A stretch of DNA of 64,000 nucleotides from Acidobacteriota bacterium (lineage in GTDB: Bacteria; Acidobacteriota; Terriglobia; Acidiferrales; UBA7541), in contig QHZB01000212.1 of the NCBI GenBank assembly GCA_003224525.1, forward strand, positions 24,173 to 88,172, written 5' to 3'. This document shows positions 50,105 through 59,647 of the stretch, piece by piece; position 1 is the stretch's first letter; each line of letters begins with the position of its first letter. The notes below the pieces were generated by a model. That model had not been told where the DNA came from, made no database searches, and saw only the letters and a list, made by a program, of their open reading frames with translations. Both the position numbers and the translations under genes were made by a program.

Positions 50105-51910
50105 TCAGCGCGCGGGGCGCAGGGTAGCGCGTTCCGGGTCGAAGATCGGAACGGTGAAATGGAATTGTGAACCTCGGCCCACTTCGCTCTCGACCCAGAT
50201 GCGGCCGTCATGAACTTCGACAAGATGCTTGGCGATGGAGAGCCCCAGCCCGGTGCCGCCGACTTCGCGGGAACGGGCAACGTCGACGCGGTAGAAGCGC
50301 TCGAAGATGCGGGGCTGGTCCGCCTGCGGGATGCCGATGCCGGTGTCGGAAACCGTGAAGGTTACTTCAGCGCCGTCCGCTGAAGCGCTGACCATGATCT
50401 GGCCGCCGGCCGGAGTGTATTGCATGGCATTGTCGAGCAGATTTTGCAGAACTTCGGCGAGACGGCGGCGGTCCGCGGCGATGTCCGGCAAACTCTGCGG
50501 CAGGTTAACGGATATACGCAGATCTTTTTCGGCGGCGGGGCGCTGGATGCAGCTTTCGACGAATTGGGAAACGCTCAGGCGGCGGACCTCCAGTTCCAGC
50601 CGGTCGGCATCCATTTTCGAAAGCTTGAGCAGGTCGTCAGTAAGGCGCGCGAGACGCCGGGAGTGCTCGAGAATGATCTCGAGGAAGCGGATGCGATTTT
50701 GCGGGTCGTCGATGGCGCCAGCGAGAAGCGTTTCCGCAAAACCCCGAATAGCGGTGAGCGGCGTTTTGAATTCGTGGGAAACATTGGCAACGAAATCCCG
50801 GCGGACGCGCTCGAGCTTGCGCAGCTCGGTGATGTCATGCAGCACGATGACCGCGCCGGAAGTCTCCGCAGCGCTGACCGACGCAACGGTGACCGCAAAA
50901 AAGTGCTGGCGCAGAGTGCCGGTGACGATTTCGGATTCGACGCGGGGCTCGCCTTTTAAAACTTCGCGAACCGCCTCGATCAGTTCGGTCTGGCGCACCA
51001 CTTCCACGAGCGCGCTCCCGGATTGCGGCGGCACGTCCAGGCCCAGGATTTCCGCGAAGCCTCGATTGGCGAAGAGCAGGCGCTCGGAAGCATTCACGAC
51101 GGCCACACCTTCCACCATGCTGCCGAGAATGGCGGAGGAACGATTGCGTTCTTCAGTCAGCGTTCGAATGGTGCGGTCGAGGCGCGCGGCCGTCTCATTG
51201 AACGAAATCGCCAGAGCTTCCAGCGCATCGCCAGAGCGATCCGCTTCCAGCGGACGAAAATCGCCTTCGGCTACCCGGCGGGAAAACATCTGCAAGCGCT
51301 CCACGCGCCTCGAGAAAGACCTGGAAATCAGCAGCGAAGCGATGCCGGTGAGGAGAAGCATGACCACCGATGCCAGCCAAAGCCGGCGGCGGAATTCCCA
51401 AAGCTCCTGGTCCACGGTCTGGAGCGGCAAGGCAAAGCGCAAAACCACGGGCGGACCGCCAGTAACGGGTAAGCGCACAGCGTAATACAAGAGGTTGTTA
51501 TCGACCGTGACGCTGTGCCGAATGGACTGGCCGTCGCCTTTTCGAAAAGCATCGCGAATCTCCGGGCGGCCGGCGTGGTTTTCCATGGATCGCGGATCGG
51601 ATTGCGAGTCTGCCAGCACCTGGCCATCGGAGGTGATCACCGTGACACGAACGTTGCTCGCCGCCATTTTCGCAACCCAATCGCGAAGGGCGGCGGAGTC
51701 CTCGGGATGGGACGGCGAGAGCGATGAAGGCTGAGGAGGATTTGCAAGCGCGATGCGCGCAATGGCGGCGAGCTCTTCGAAACCGGCGCGTTCGTAGTCG
51801 CGCCGCAAGGCGCGCTCGGCATAGAAATCGACGGGGAGCAGGACCGCGATCAGCAGGGCGAAAAAGGCAAAACCGAGTTTCCAGAAGAGATTAAGCCGCA
51901 CGGGTTTCAA
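50105..51910 (-). CDS. phoR: Phosphate regulon sensor histidine kinase
   Basis: Two TM, HAMP, PAS, DFVANVSHEFKTPLTAI, NLLDNA, DTGIGIP, FERFYRVD, GGTGLGL. Confidence 0.93.
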   Translation of the reverse strand: MKPVRLNLFWKLGFAFFALLIAVLLPVDFYAERALRRDYERAGFEELAAIARIALANPPQPSSLSPSHPEDSAALRDWVAKMAASNVRVTVITSDGQVLADSQSDPRSMENHAGRPEIRDAFRKGDGQSIRHSVTVDNNLLYYAVRLPVTGGPPVVLRFALPLQTVDQELWEFRRRLWLASVVMLLLTGIASLLISRSFSRRVERLQMFSRRVAEGDFRPLEADRSGDALEALAISFNETAARLDRTIRTLTEERNRSSAILGSMVEGVAVVNASERLLFANRGFAEILGLDVPPQSGSALVEVVRQTELIEAVREVLKGEPRVESEIVTGTLRQHFFAVTVASVSAAETSGAVIVLHDITELRKLERVRRDFVANVSHEFKTPLTAIRGFAETLLAGAIDDPQNRIRFLEIILEHSRRLARLTDDLLKLSKMDADRLELEVRRLSVSQFVESCIQRPAAEKDLRISVNLPQSLPDIAADRRRLAEVLQNLLDNAMQYTPAGGQIMVSASADGAEVTFTVSDTGIGIPQADQPRIFERFYRVDVARSREVGGTGLGLSIAKHLVEVHDGRIWVESEVGRGSQFHFTVPIFDPERATLRPAR

Positions 51911-52586
51911 AAAGATAGCCCGCGCCCCGGACGGTTTTCAAATACATGGGGTTTTCAGGATCGGACTCGATTTTTTCACGCAAGCGGCGAACGTAAACGT
52001 CCACGCTGCGCGGCGTAACAAATCGATCCGTTCCCCAGACCGCATCGAGCAATTGATCCCGAGTAAAAACGCGGTTTGGGCGCGAAGCAAGGTAATAGAG
52101 TAGCCGGAATTCGAGCGTGCTGAGCGGTACGGGCTTCCCGGAATGGCTCACGCGATAGGACGCCGGATCAATCGCCAGCTTGCCAATCTCAATGGTGCGC
52201 GGCGCATCAGCGGGCGGCTCGGCACGGCGGAGCAGCGCTTTGACGCGCGCGAGCAATTCGCGCGGGCTGAAGGGCTTGGTCACGTAATCGTCGGCGCCCA
52301 TCTCGAGCCCAACGACGCGGTCGGCTTCTTCGCCGCGGGCCGTGAGCATGAGAATGGGCAAACGATTGAGTGAGTCATCCCGGCGAATCTCCCGGCAGAT
52401 TTCCAGGCCGGAAAGTTTTGGGAGCATGAGATCGAGAAGCAAGAGATCGGGTGGCGTTTTTTTCAACGTGCTCAGGCCAGTGCTGCCGTCATGAGCAGCG
52501 CTGACCTGAAAGCCTTCGTTCGCGAGATTGTAGCGGACCAGTTCGACGATATCGCGGTCGTCTTCGATAATAAGGATGCGTTTCAT
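51891..52586 (-). CDS. phoB: Phosphate regulon response regulator (OmpR/PhoB family)
   Basis: MKRILIIEDD (52586), LLDLMLP, DYVTKPFS, RSVDVYVRRLREK, TVRGAGY; adjacent to phoR. Confidence 0.9.
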   Translation of the reverse strand: MKRILIIEDDRDIVELVRYNLANEGFQVSAAHDGSTGLSTLKKTPPDLLLLDLMLPKLSGLEICREIRRDDSLNRLPILMLTARGEEADRVVGLEMGADDYVTKPFSPRELLARVKALLRRAEPPADAPRTIEIGKLAIDPASYRVSHSGKPVPLSTLEFRLLYYLASRPNRVFTRDQLLDAVWGTDRFVTPRSVDVYVRRLREKIESDPENPMYLKTVRGAGYLFETRAA

Positions 52587-52722
52587 GCAGTTTGAGCGTA
52601 CCGCACGCCGGCTTGGCGGCAGTGTACCGTAGGACGGCGAATTGCGGTAGGCATGGGGAAGATTTTGATCACTCGGGATTTGACGTAACACGCCTGATTG
52701 TCGCAGCAGAGCGGCTCGGCTT

Positions 52723-52762
52723 GGTAACGCGGCGTTTACATCCATGTGAACGTAGTGTTAAA
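52723..52762 (-). promoter_or_regulatory. Pho-box-like array upstream of phoB (autoregulation)
   Basis: Minus strand TTTAACA-N4-GTTCACA-N4-TGTAAAC-N4-CGTTACC, 11-bp period. Confidence 0.6.
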
Positions 52763-52773
52763 ACCGCGAAGGC

Positions 52774-55347
52774 CTAGTCGCTGGTTGAAGTTGTAAAGGC
52801 GAGCGCGAGGAGCGTCTTTTGCTCCAATTCATGGGCCTTGGCGGAGCCGGTTGCCGGGCTGGCGCTGGCGGAACGCTTGACTGAGCGAACGCTGAGCCCC
52901 CTGGCCTTGGCGATACGTTCGAGTCGCGGCAAAACGTACCCCACTGCGCCCATGTTGCCAGGCTCTTCTTGGACCCACACGATCTCGCGCACGTTGGGAT
53001 GCTCGGCGATGGCGGCGGAGATTTCCGTGCGCGGCAGCGGGTAGAGCTGGTCCAGAAAGAAAATGGCGGTATTGGTATCCTTACGGCGGCGGCGTTCTGC
53101 GCGCAACTCGTGGCCGACTTTTCCGCTGGCGATCAGGATGCGCCGGGCGCCCTGCACTTCGCGGTCGGGAACCAGCGGCAGGAAGCGCGGTGTCGTGAAT
53201 TCCTCGAGGTTTGAGCTGGCATCAGGATGCCGCAGCATGCTCTTGGGCGTGAAGACGATCAGCGGCTTACGCCACGGGCGGCGCGCTTGCCGGCGCAGCA
53301 TGTGAAAATACTGCGCGGCAGTTGAGGGCTGGCAAATCTGCATGTTGTCTTCCGCGGCGAGCTGCATGAAGCGCTCCAGGCGTGCGCTGGAATGCTCCGG
53401 TCCCTGTCCCTCGTATCCGTGCGGCAAAAGCATCACGAGCCCCGCCGGAAGGTTCCACTTGTCCTCACCGGCGCTGATGAACTGGTCGATGATGACCTGC
53501 GCGCCGTTGGCGAAATCTCCGAACTGCGCTTCCCACAAGACGAGCGCCTCAGGATAGTCGCGGCTGAAACCGTATTCGAAACCGAGGCAACCTGCCTCGG
53601 AAAGAGAGGAGTTGTGAACCTGGCAGAAGGCCTGCTGCTTGGAAAGATGCGAGAGAGTGAGGTAGTTGTGCTCGGTTTGTGTGTCGATCAAAACCGCGTG
53701 GCGCTGGTTGAACGTGCCGCGCTGGGTGTCTTGTCCGGTGAGGCGCACGGGATGCCCCTCAAGAAGCACGGAGCCAAACGCCAGCATTTCGGCGAAGCCG
53801 TAATCGACGGCCCGCTTGCCGTGGCCCATTTCCCCCCGTTGTTCGAGAAGCTTCGCGATTTTTGCGTGGATATGAAATCCTTCGGGCACGCGAACGAGGC
53901 CGTCGGTGATCTCCGCGAGTTTCTCAGGTGTGAGGCCGGTATCGACCTCATATTCAGGTTGGTAGCGGCCGTGCTGATAGGGCGCCCAGTAGTCCGGCAG
54001 TTTGCGCAGGCGCGGTATTTTTCTTAGCGTGCGCGCCTTGGTCTGCTCTTCTTCGTATTCTTTGCGGATTCCGTCAGCCATCAGGGACGAGTCCATGCCG
54101 GTGTGCCCGGAATAAATTTTCCAGAGCGGATCGTGATTCTTGATGCGCTCGTAGAGGAGCGGCTGAGTGATGGTCGGATCGTCGACTTCGCTGTGGCCAT
54201 GGCGGCGGTAACCGATGATGTCCACGACGACGTCGCTGCCGAATGTCGCGCGATATTCCGCGGCGAGTTTTCCGATGCGCACGACGGCGTCCGGGTCTTC
54301 GGCGTTGACGTGGAAGATCGGCACGGACTGGCGCTTGGCAATATCGGAAGCGAAGCGCGAAGAATGCTCCTCGGCAGGTTTCGTCGTAAAGCCGATCAGG
54401 TTGTTCACGATGATGTGAATCGTGCCGCCGACGGTGTAGGCCTTCAGATCCGCAAGATTCAGCGTTTCCGCCCAGATGCCTTGACCCGCGAAGGCGGCAT
54501 CACCGTGCATCACGATGGGGACGACTTTATTCAGCGTTTCCGGGGAACGGTCGACGTAGGGGCCGCGCAAACCGTAGCGGGTTTGCTTCGCGCGCACCCT
54601 GCCGACGGCGACCGGATCGACAGCTTCGAGATGGCTTGGATTCGAAACAAGATGAATGCCGATCTCTTTGCCGGCGCTGGTGACGTAGGTGCCCGTCGCG
54701 CCAACGTGGTATTTCACGTCGCCCGCGCCGAGGACGCTGCGAGGATCGACGTCCTCAAAGCCAGCAACCACTTCATGTGGCGTCTTGCACGCCGTGTGGA
54801 CCATCACGTTCAGGCGCCCGCGGTGACTCATGGCCATGACGGATTCGAGCGCGCCGTGTTCGCCCGCGGTGTCTAGGATGGAATCAAGCAGCGGAATCAG
54901 CGCGGTGACGCCTTCCAGGGAAAATCGCTTGGTGCCAAGGTAGCGCGCCTGCAAAACCTGTTCGAAAAGATCGGCGCGAATCAGCCGCTCGAGGATTTTG
55001 TGCCGATCGACTTCGCCGGCCGGGGCTTCTAGGCGCTCCGCGATCCAGCGCCGCCGTTCTGGCTCCGGCAGATGCATGAAATCGGCACCGACGGTTCCGC
55101 AGTAGATGCCGCGGGCTTCCTCGGCGGCTTCTCCGGTGAGCGCATCCAGTTCGGGTTGCTTCAGCGGTTCGAACAGGCCAAGGGGATCGAGCGTGGCTTC
55201 CAAATAGCCCCAGCGGCGGAAAGCGTCGAAGACGCGTTCGCGCTTTTCGTTACTGACGCCTTTCGCGACGCCGCCTGCCGTGGGTTTCTTGGCCGCCTTC
55301 GGAAATTTTGCGGTGCTCTCTTCTTCCAAAGTTGTACGATGTGCCAT
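52774..55347 (-). CDS. sucA: 2-oxoglutarate dehydrogenase E1
   Basis: TKRFSLEG, MSHRGRLN, GDVKYH, NPSHLE, HGDAAFAGQG, WEAQFGDFANGAQ, HGYEGQGPEHSSARLER. Confidence 0.96.
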   Translation of the reverse strand: MAHRTTLEEESTAKFPKAAKKPTAGGVAKGVSNEKRERVFDAFRRWGYLEATLDPLGLFEPLKQPELDALTGEAAEEARGIYCGTVGADFMHLPEPERRRWIAERLEAPAGEVDRHKILERLIRADLFEQVLQARYLGTKRFSLEGVTALIPLLDSILDTAGEHGALESVMAMSHRGRLNVMVHTACKTPHEVVAGFEDVDPRSVLGAGDVKYHVGATGTYVTSAGKEIGIHLVSNPSHLEAVDPVAVGRVRAKQTRYGLRGPYVDRSPETLNKVVPIVMHGDAAFAGQGIWAETLNLADLKAYTVGGTIHIIVNNLIGFTTKPAEEHSSRFASDIAKRQSVPIFHVNAEDPDAVVRIGKLAAEYRATFGSDVVVDIIGYRRHGHSEVDDPTITQPLLYERIKNHDPLWKIYSGHTGMDSSLMADGIRKEYEEEQTKARTLRKIPRLRKLPDYWAPYQHGRYQPEYEVDTGLTPEKLAEITDGLVRVPEGFHIHAKIAKLLEQRGEMGHGKRAVDYGFAEMLAFGSVLLEGHPVRLTGQDTQRGTFNQRHAVLIDTQTEHNYLTLSHLSKQQAFCQVHNSSLSEAGCLGFEYGFSRDYPEALVLWEAQFGDFANGAQVIIDQFISAGEDKWNLPAGLVMLLPHGYEGQGPEHSSARLERFMQLAAEDNMQICQPSTAAQYFHMLRRQARRPWRKPLIVFTPKSMLRHPDASSNLEEFTTPRFLPLVPDREVQGARRILIASGKVGHELRAERRRRKDTNTAIFFLDQLYPLPRTEISAAIAEHPNVREIVWVQEEPGNMGAVGYVLPRLERIAKARGLSVRSVKRSASASPATGSAKAHELEQKTLLALAFTTSTSD

Positions 55348-55443
55348 AAACCCATCTCTATGAACCTTCTATTTTGCCACAGAACGAGAGAGGACGCTCT
55401 CTCTCTCTAGACGGCATCTCCTAATATTCCCGGCAAACAGGCA

Positions 55444-56604
55444 CTAAGGCTTGAAGGATCTGATTCCAGCGACGGCAGCGGCGTCGAGGCTCTGGATTAG
55501 TGCGACCATTAGATCGACGGTGCGGTCGAAGTCCCCCCGGTCGATAATGCCATTGTGCGCATGGGTGGAGCGTGCTGGCACGAGCACGGTGGTGACCGGG
55601 ACGCCGCTGCCATTCAGTTTGATGGCTCCGGCGTCATCTCCGAAGCCCCGGACGAAATCAAACTGCAGCGGGATGTGCTGATCGGTGGCGACGCGCTTTA
55701 CGTAAGCAACCAGCTTGCGATTGGGGATTTCGCTGAAGGTGTAAAGCATCATACCGGGACCGCCGCCGAGAACTTCCTGGGCGGCTTCGGGGCCGGGGCC
55801 CGGAACATCATTGGGAATCCCAACCTCAAGACTGAAGCCGAGATCGGGGTTGATGATGCGGGCCGACGTTAGAGCGCCGCGCATTTCGATACTGCCCTCT
55901 TCTTGAACTGTGCCAACGTAGAAAACCTGGTTTGGGTGTGGAGACTTTGCCAGCCGGCGCATCACTTCGAGCATGACGGCGCAGCCAACGCGGTCGTCCC
56001 AGGCCTTTGCGAGGTAGCGATTGTTGGCCAGGACCGCGAAGTCGGAGACGGGCGCGACGGGATCGCCGGGCGAAACGCCAAGGGCCGCAACGTCAGCGGG
56101 GTTCCGCGCTCCGCTATCGAGAAAAAGTTCCTGGCGCTGCGCATGGCCTTGCGCGTCATGCGGTGCGATGTGCGCGTCCCAGATGTCGGTGACCGCGAGC
56201 ACCGGTCCCTTGGAACCGAGGATCACCCAGCGCTGGTCGGGCAACGCCGCGTCAAGCCAATAGCCGAGCATCTCCATGGAGATAAAGCCGTCCGGACGGA
56301 TGTGGCGAACCATGCCGCCGAGTTCGTCCATGTGGGCATCGAGCATGATGCGCGGGCCGGCGTCTCCTTGTTGCGCGATGACCGAGCCGAGACCGTCGTA
56401 ACTGATCTTGTCGGTGAACGCACGCATGCGTTCGGTCATGATTTTGCGCACCGGTTCTTCATATCCCGGGGGACCAGGAGCTTCGGTGATTTCTTTCAGG
56501 AGCTGCACAACGCGGTCCGTATTTTGCGCGGAGGCTGGCGGCGTCTGAGCGCGGATTTGCCCCGGGAAGCAGAAAAGCAGCAGGCAAGAAAACATTCGCC
56601 TCAT
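55444..56604 (-). CDS. M42 family metallopeptidase with signal peptide
   Basis: GPPGYEE, LDAHMDE, KAWDDRVG, VQEE, LEVG, STHAH; start at MRRMFSCLLLF. Confidence 0.88.
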   Translation of the reverse strand: MRRMFSCLLLFCFPGQIRAQTPPASAQNTDRVVQLLKEITEAPGPPGYEEPVRKIMTERMRAFTDKISYDGLGSVIAQQGDAGPRIMLDAHMDELGGMVRHIRPDGFISMEMLGYWLDAALPDQRWVILGSKGPVLAVTDIWDAHIAPHDAQGHAQRQELFLDSGARNPADVAALGVSPGDPVAPVSDFAVLANNRYLAKAWDDRVGCAVMLEVMRRLAKSPHPNQVFYVGTVQEEGSIEMRGALTSARIINPDLGFSLEVGIPNDVPGPGPEAAQEVLGGGPGMMLYTFSEIPNRKLVAYVKRVATDQHIPLQFDFVRGFGDDAGAIKLNGSGVPVTTVLVPARSTHAHNGIIDRGDFDRTVDLMVALIQSLDAAAVAGIRSFKP

Positions 56605-56803
56605 GATGGATTGGCTACCTCGTGGAAGATGATAGACGAACGAAGGCAGCGGCGGTACGGCAAAGTGCACGAAGATAATGTGTTCCGTGGTTTTCATGCA
56701 CTGAGAACCAGGGCGTATTTCCCTTTCGCGATTCGCGAGTACAAGGAGGCTGCAGACCCAGCCAGCGATGCGCTCCTACATCGCATCGCTGCGCATCGGG
56801 TTC

Positions 56804-59395
56804 CTACAGAGAACCGACGGCGGATTCCAAGCGGCGGGCGATTTCCTCAGGGCACATGCCGGGCGGAAAAGTGACGGGCGTGCCGACGCGAACGGTAATT
56901 TCGCCGAAATGGGCGAGGCGGCGGTTTTCGCGCTTCATCTGCCAGACGCCGTGCAAGCGCATGGGAACTACGGGGATGCGGAGGTTCTCTGCCAGGAGGC
57001 CGACGCCGGATTGAAACGGGGCCATCTCGCCGGTGCTGGTGTTGTTGACTTCGCCTTCGGGAAAGACGAGCACGCTGTAGCCGCGGTCGACAGATTCGCC
57101 GGCGAAGCGGAAGCTTTCGCGGAAGCCGGAAAACTGCGGCAGCGGAAAAACGTTGAAGAGCAGGGTGGCGAGCCAGTAGCCGAATTGATAGGCCCAGCGC
57201 CTGGCGAAGAACCAATTACACGGCGGGCGGCGCATGTTTTCTAGCGATTCGCCGCCCATGGCCGTGGCCAGGCGGTGGCGGTATCGCGGCGGCAACGCGG
57301 CGAGAATCAGACCGATGTCGGCGCGGCGGGTGATGTGGTTTGAAACGATGAGAACGGGCCCGCGCAAGCCGCAAATATTCTCGCGGCCCACGATGCGCGG
57401 GTGGCCGAAGATTTGCGTGGCGGGCCAGACGAGCGCGTAATAGACCGCGAGCCGCAGCCAGCGCACGGGTTCGCGCTGCGTCCAGCGAGGATAGAGGTAT
57501 TCCGTTTTCCGCGCGCTGGGTTGCTGAAGAAGCCGCTGGACGTCAACGGCCGTTTTTGCATTGGCAAAGGCCGTCTCGTTGAGTTCCACGTGGAACTGGG
57601 ATTCCAGGGCGCTCATGAGCTCGACACGATCGAGGGAGGACAGAAATTCCAGGGAATCAGCGGAAGCCATTGGAGCAACCGACTTCCCTGCTGTGAATTT
57701 GTGCAACAAGTCATCAACTGGGTTCGCGCTAGCGGCGGCAACGGTCGGAGACGCCTGGTATTCTTTTTTCGCGGCAAGAAGTTGGCGGGCACGAAGGGCG
57801 ATTTCGCGGACGCGCGGCTTTCCCGTAGAGGTGCGGGGAAAATCATGTTCGGGCCAGACCAGCCAGGTACGGATTTGCTGATACGCCGCGAGTCCGCGGT
57901 TGGCGTGATAGATGGCGTCAGCACACGCCTCGGAGGCCTGCAAGCCCGCACGGGCAGTGTGGTTATCCCCATTCGCGGGAAGCAAAACGGCACAAGGTTC
58001 GGCATTGCCGCCTTGTTCGATCGGAATCACGACGCTGTCGCGAATCCCCGGCTGCTCGTGCAATTGGGCTTCGAGGTCTTCGGGGTAAACGTTCAATCCC
58101 GCTGGCGTGACGATGACGTTTTTCTTTCGTCCGCGGAAGCGGAGGTTGCCTTGGGCGTCGAGTTCACCGAGATCGCCGGTGCGCAGCCAGCCTTGCTGAT
58201 CCAGGGGATGGATAGCTCCTTGTTCCCAATAGCCAGTGGAAACATTTTCACCGCGGACAAGAATCTCGCCGTCTTCGGCAAGCTTGAATTCACGGCCCGG
58301 GAGAATCTTGCCGACGGAGCCCTCCGCCGCGCGAAACGGATGATTCAGACTGATCAAAGACGCGGTCTCGGTCATGCCATAGCCCTGAATGACGGCATAG
58401 CCAAGCCGTTTGAAAAATCCTTCGCTGAACGGCGCGAGGGCGGCGCCACCGGAGATAAAAGCCCAGAACTTCAATCCGAACCATCGGTGAACCCGCCGGA
58501 ACATCCAGGCGCGGCGGAGAAAGGGCAGAGCTTCCGCCGCAAGGTACATATCCCCAAACGGATTGCCGCGGCGCAGATATCCAAATTTTTGAAGCACGGC
58601 GTTGACCAGTGCATCGAGCATGCGTGGAACTGCGATCAGAGCTGTGGCGCGTTCTCTCTTGATGGTTCGGGTGATTTCCGAAGGATTGCTGGAAGTTTCG
58701 AAAACGACCGCGGCTCCGAGGAGCGGCGGAACGAACAATGCCATGAATTGGCCGAAGACATGGCTCACAGGAACGAGCGTGACGAAGCGCAGTGGGTGAA
58801 ACCAGCGTTCGTACTTACGATAGTCATTGATGCCGCGTTCGAGCGGCTCCAGGTTGGCCAGAAAATTGCCGTGGGTTAGAACGACGCCGCGCGGCTCGGC
58901 GGTCGTGCCGGAAGTGTAAAGGATTTCCGCGATGGTGCTGCGTGAGGATGCATTACCCGGATGCGGGCCGGGGTTTTGCGAAGGGACGGGGCTGTACACG
59001 ACGTCACTAAAATCGTTGATGATCATCGAGGCTGGCAAACCAGGCAACTCCGCTTGCTGACAATCGCGCAAAATGAGCTTCACGCCGGCATCCTTGATCG
59101 CGCGCTGGACGAAATCGGGAGCTGCGGCGGAGTCCATAGGCACGACTACCGCGGCTCGCAATAGAATCCCCCAAAAGCAAGCGACCCATTCGGCGGAGTT
59201 GGGACCCCAGAGAAGGACTCGATCACCTGGGACAACGCCCCGTCCGGCGAGCGCCTGACTCCAGAAATTGGCGGAAGCGAAAAGCTGTGCATACGTCAGC
59301 TTTTCACGACGGTAGCCGCGTCTTTGGATGACAGCAACGTCGCCACCGAAGCGGGCGAAGTCAGCGAAAAGACTCAAGAGATTCTTTCGGGGCAT
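56804..59395 (-). CDS. AMP-dependent acyl-CoA ligase - acyl carrier - PlsC acyltransferase fusion
   Basis: YTSGTTAEP, QGYGMTE, RTGDLG; SSLDRVEL carrier Ser; SNHITRRAD, VFPEGE. Start MPRKNLL (59395). Confidence 0.88.
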   Translation of the reverse strand: MPRKNLLSLFADFARFGGDVAVIQRRGYRREKLTYAQLFASANFWSQALAGRGVVPGDRVLLWGPNSAEWVACFWGILLRAAVVVPMDSAAAPDFVQRAIKDAGVKLILRDCQQAELPGLPASMIINDFSDVVYSPVPSQNPGPHPGNASSRSTIAEILYTSGTTAEPRGVVLTHGNFLANLEPLERGINDYRKYERWFHPLRFVTLVPVSHVFGQFMALFVPPLLGAAVVFETSSNPSEITRTIKRERATALIAVPRMLDALVNAVLQKFGYLRRGNPFGDMYLAAEALPFLRRAWMFRRVHRWFGLKFWAFISGGAALAPFSEGFFKRLGYAVIQGYGMTETASLISLNHPFRAAEGSVGKILPGREFKLAEDGEILVRGENVSTGYWEQGAIHPLDQQGWLRTGDLGELDAQGNLRFRGRKKNVIVTPAGLNVYPEDLEAQLHEQPGIRDSVVIPIEQGGNAEPCAVLLPANGDNHTARAGLQASEACADAIYHANRGLAAYQQIRTWLVWPEHDFPRTSTGKPRVREIALRARQLLAAKKEYQASPTVAAASANPVDDLLHKFTAGKSVAPMASADSLEFLSSLDRVELMSALESQFHVELNETAFANAKTAVDVQRLLQQPSARKTEYLYPRWTQREPVRWLRLAVYYALVWPATQIFGHPRIVGRENICGLRGPVLIVSNHITRRADIGLILAALPPRYRHRLATAMGGESLENMRRPPCNWFFARRWAYQFGYWLATLLFNVFPLPQFSGFRESFRFAGESVDRGYSVLVFPEGEVNNTSTGEMAPFQSGVGLLAENLRIPVVPMRLHGVWQMKRENRRLAHFGEITVRVGTPVTFPPGMCPEEIARRLESAVGSL

Positions 59396-59647
59396 AAGCG
59401 CGGCAGTTTCTTTGCCTCGGATATGGGTCGATTCTACCCCGGAAGCGGTTGAGCGGCCTTGCGGGCCGGCCAGAAAGCCCGTTTGCGCATGGGGAAGCAT
59501 CCCACACCGAAATGCACGTCCTGTGCCACGAAGGAACAGGTCGTTGCATCTGAATAATCTGAATGAAAGCAGCCGAGCGGAATACGCCGGTTCTCGGTTA
59601 CAATAGGGACTTACACCGTTGTTCAATTCTGGAGATAAGCAGGAAAG

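Noticed and set aside
50520-50560. Possible small in-frame deletion in phoR (ESCIQRPAAEK)
   Set aside because: Variable linker region; cannot be judged without an alignment, and all kinase motifs are intact.
55385-55410. GA/CT dinucleotide run upstream of sucA
   Set aside because: Short AGAGAG-GACG-CTCTCT hairpin, probably the M42 gene terminator; too short to be informative.
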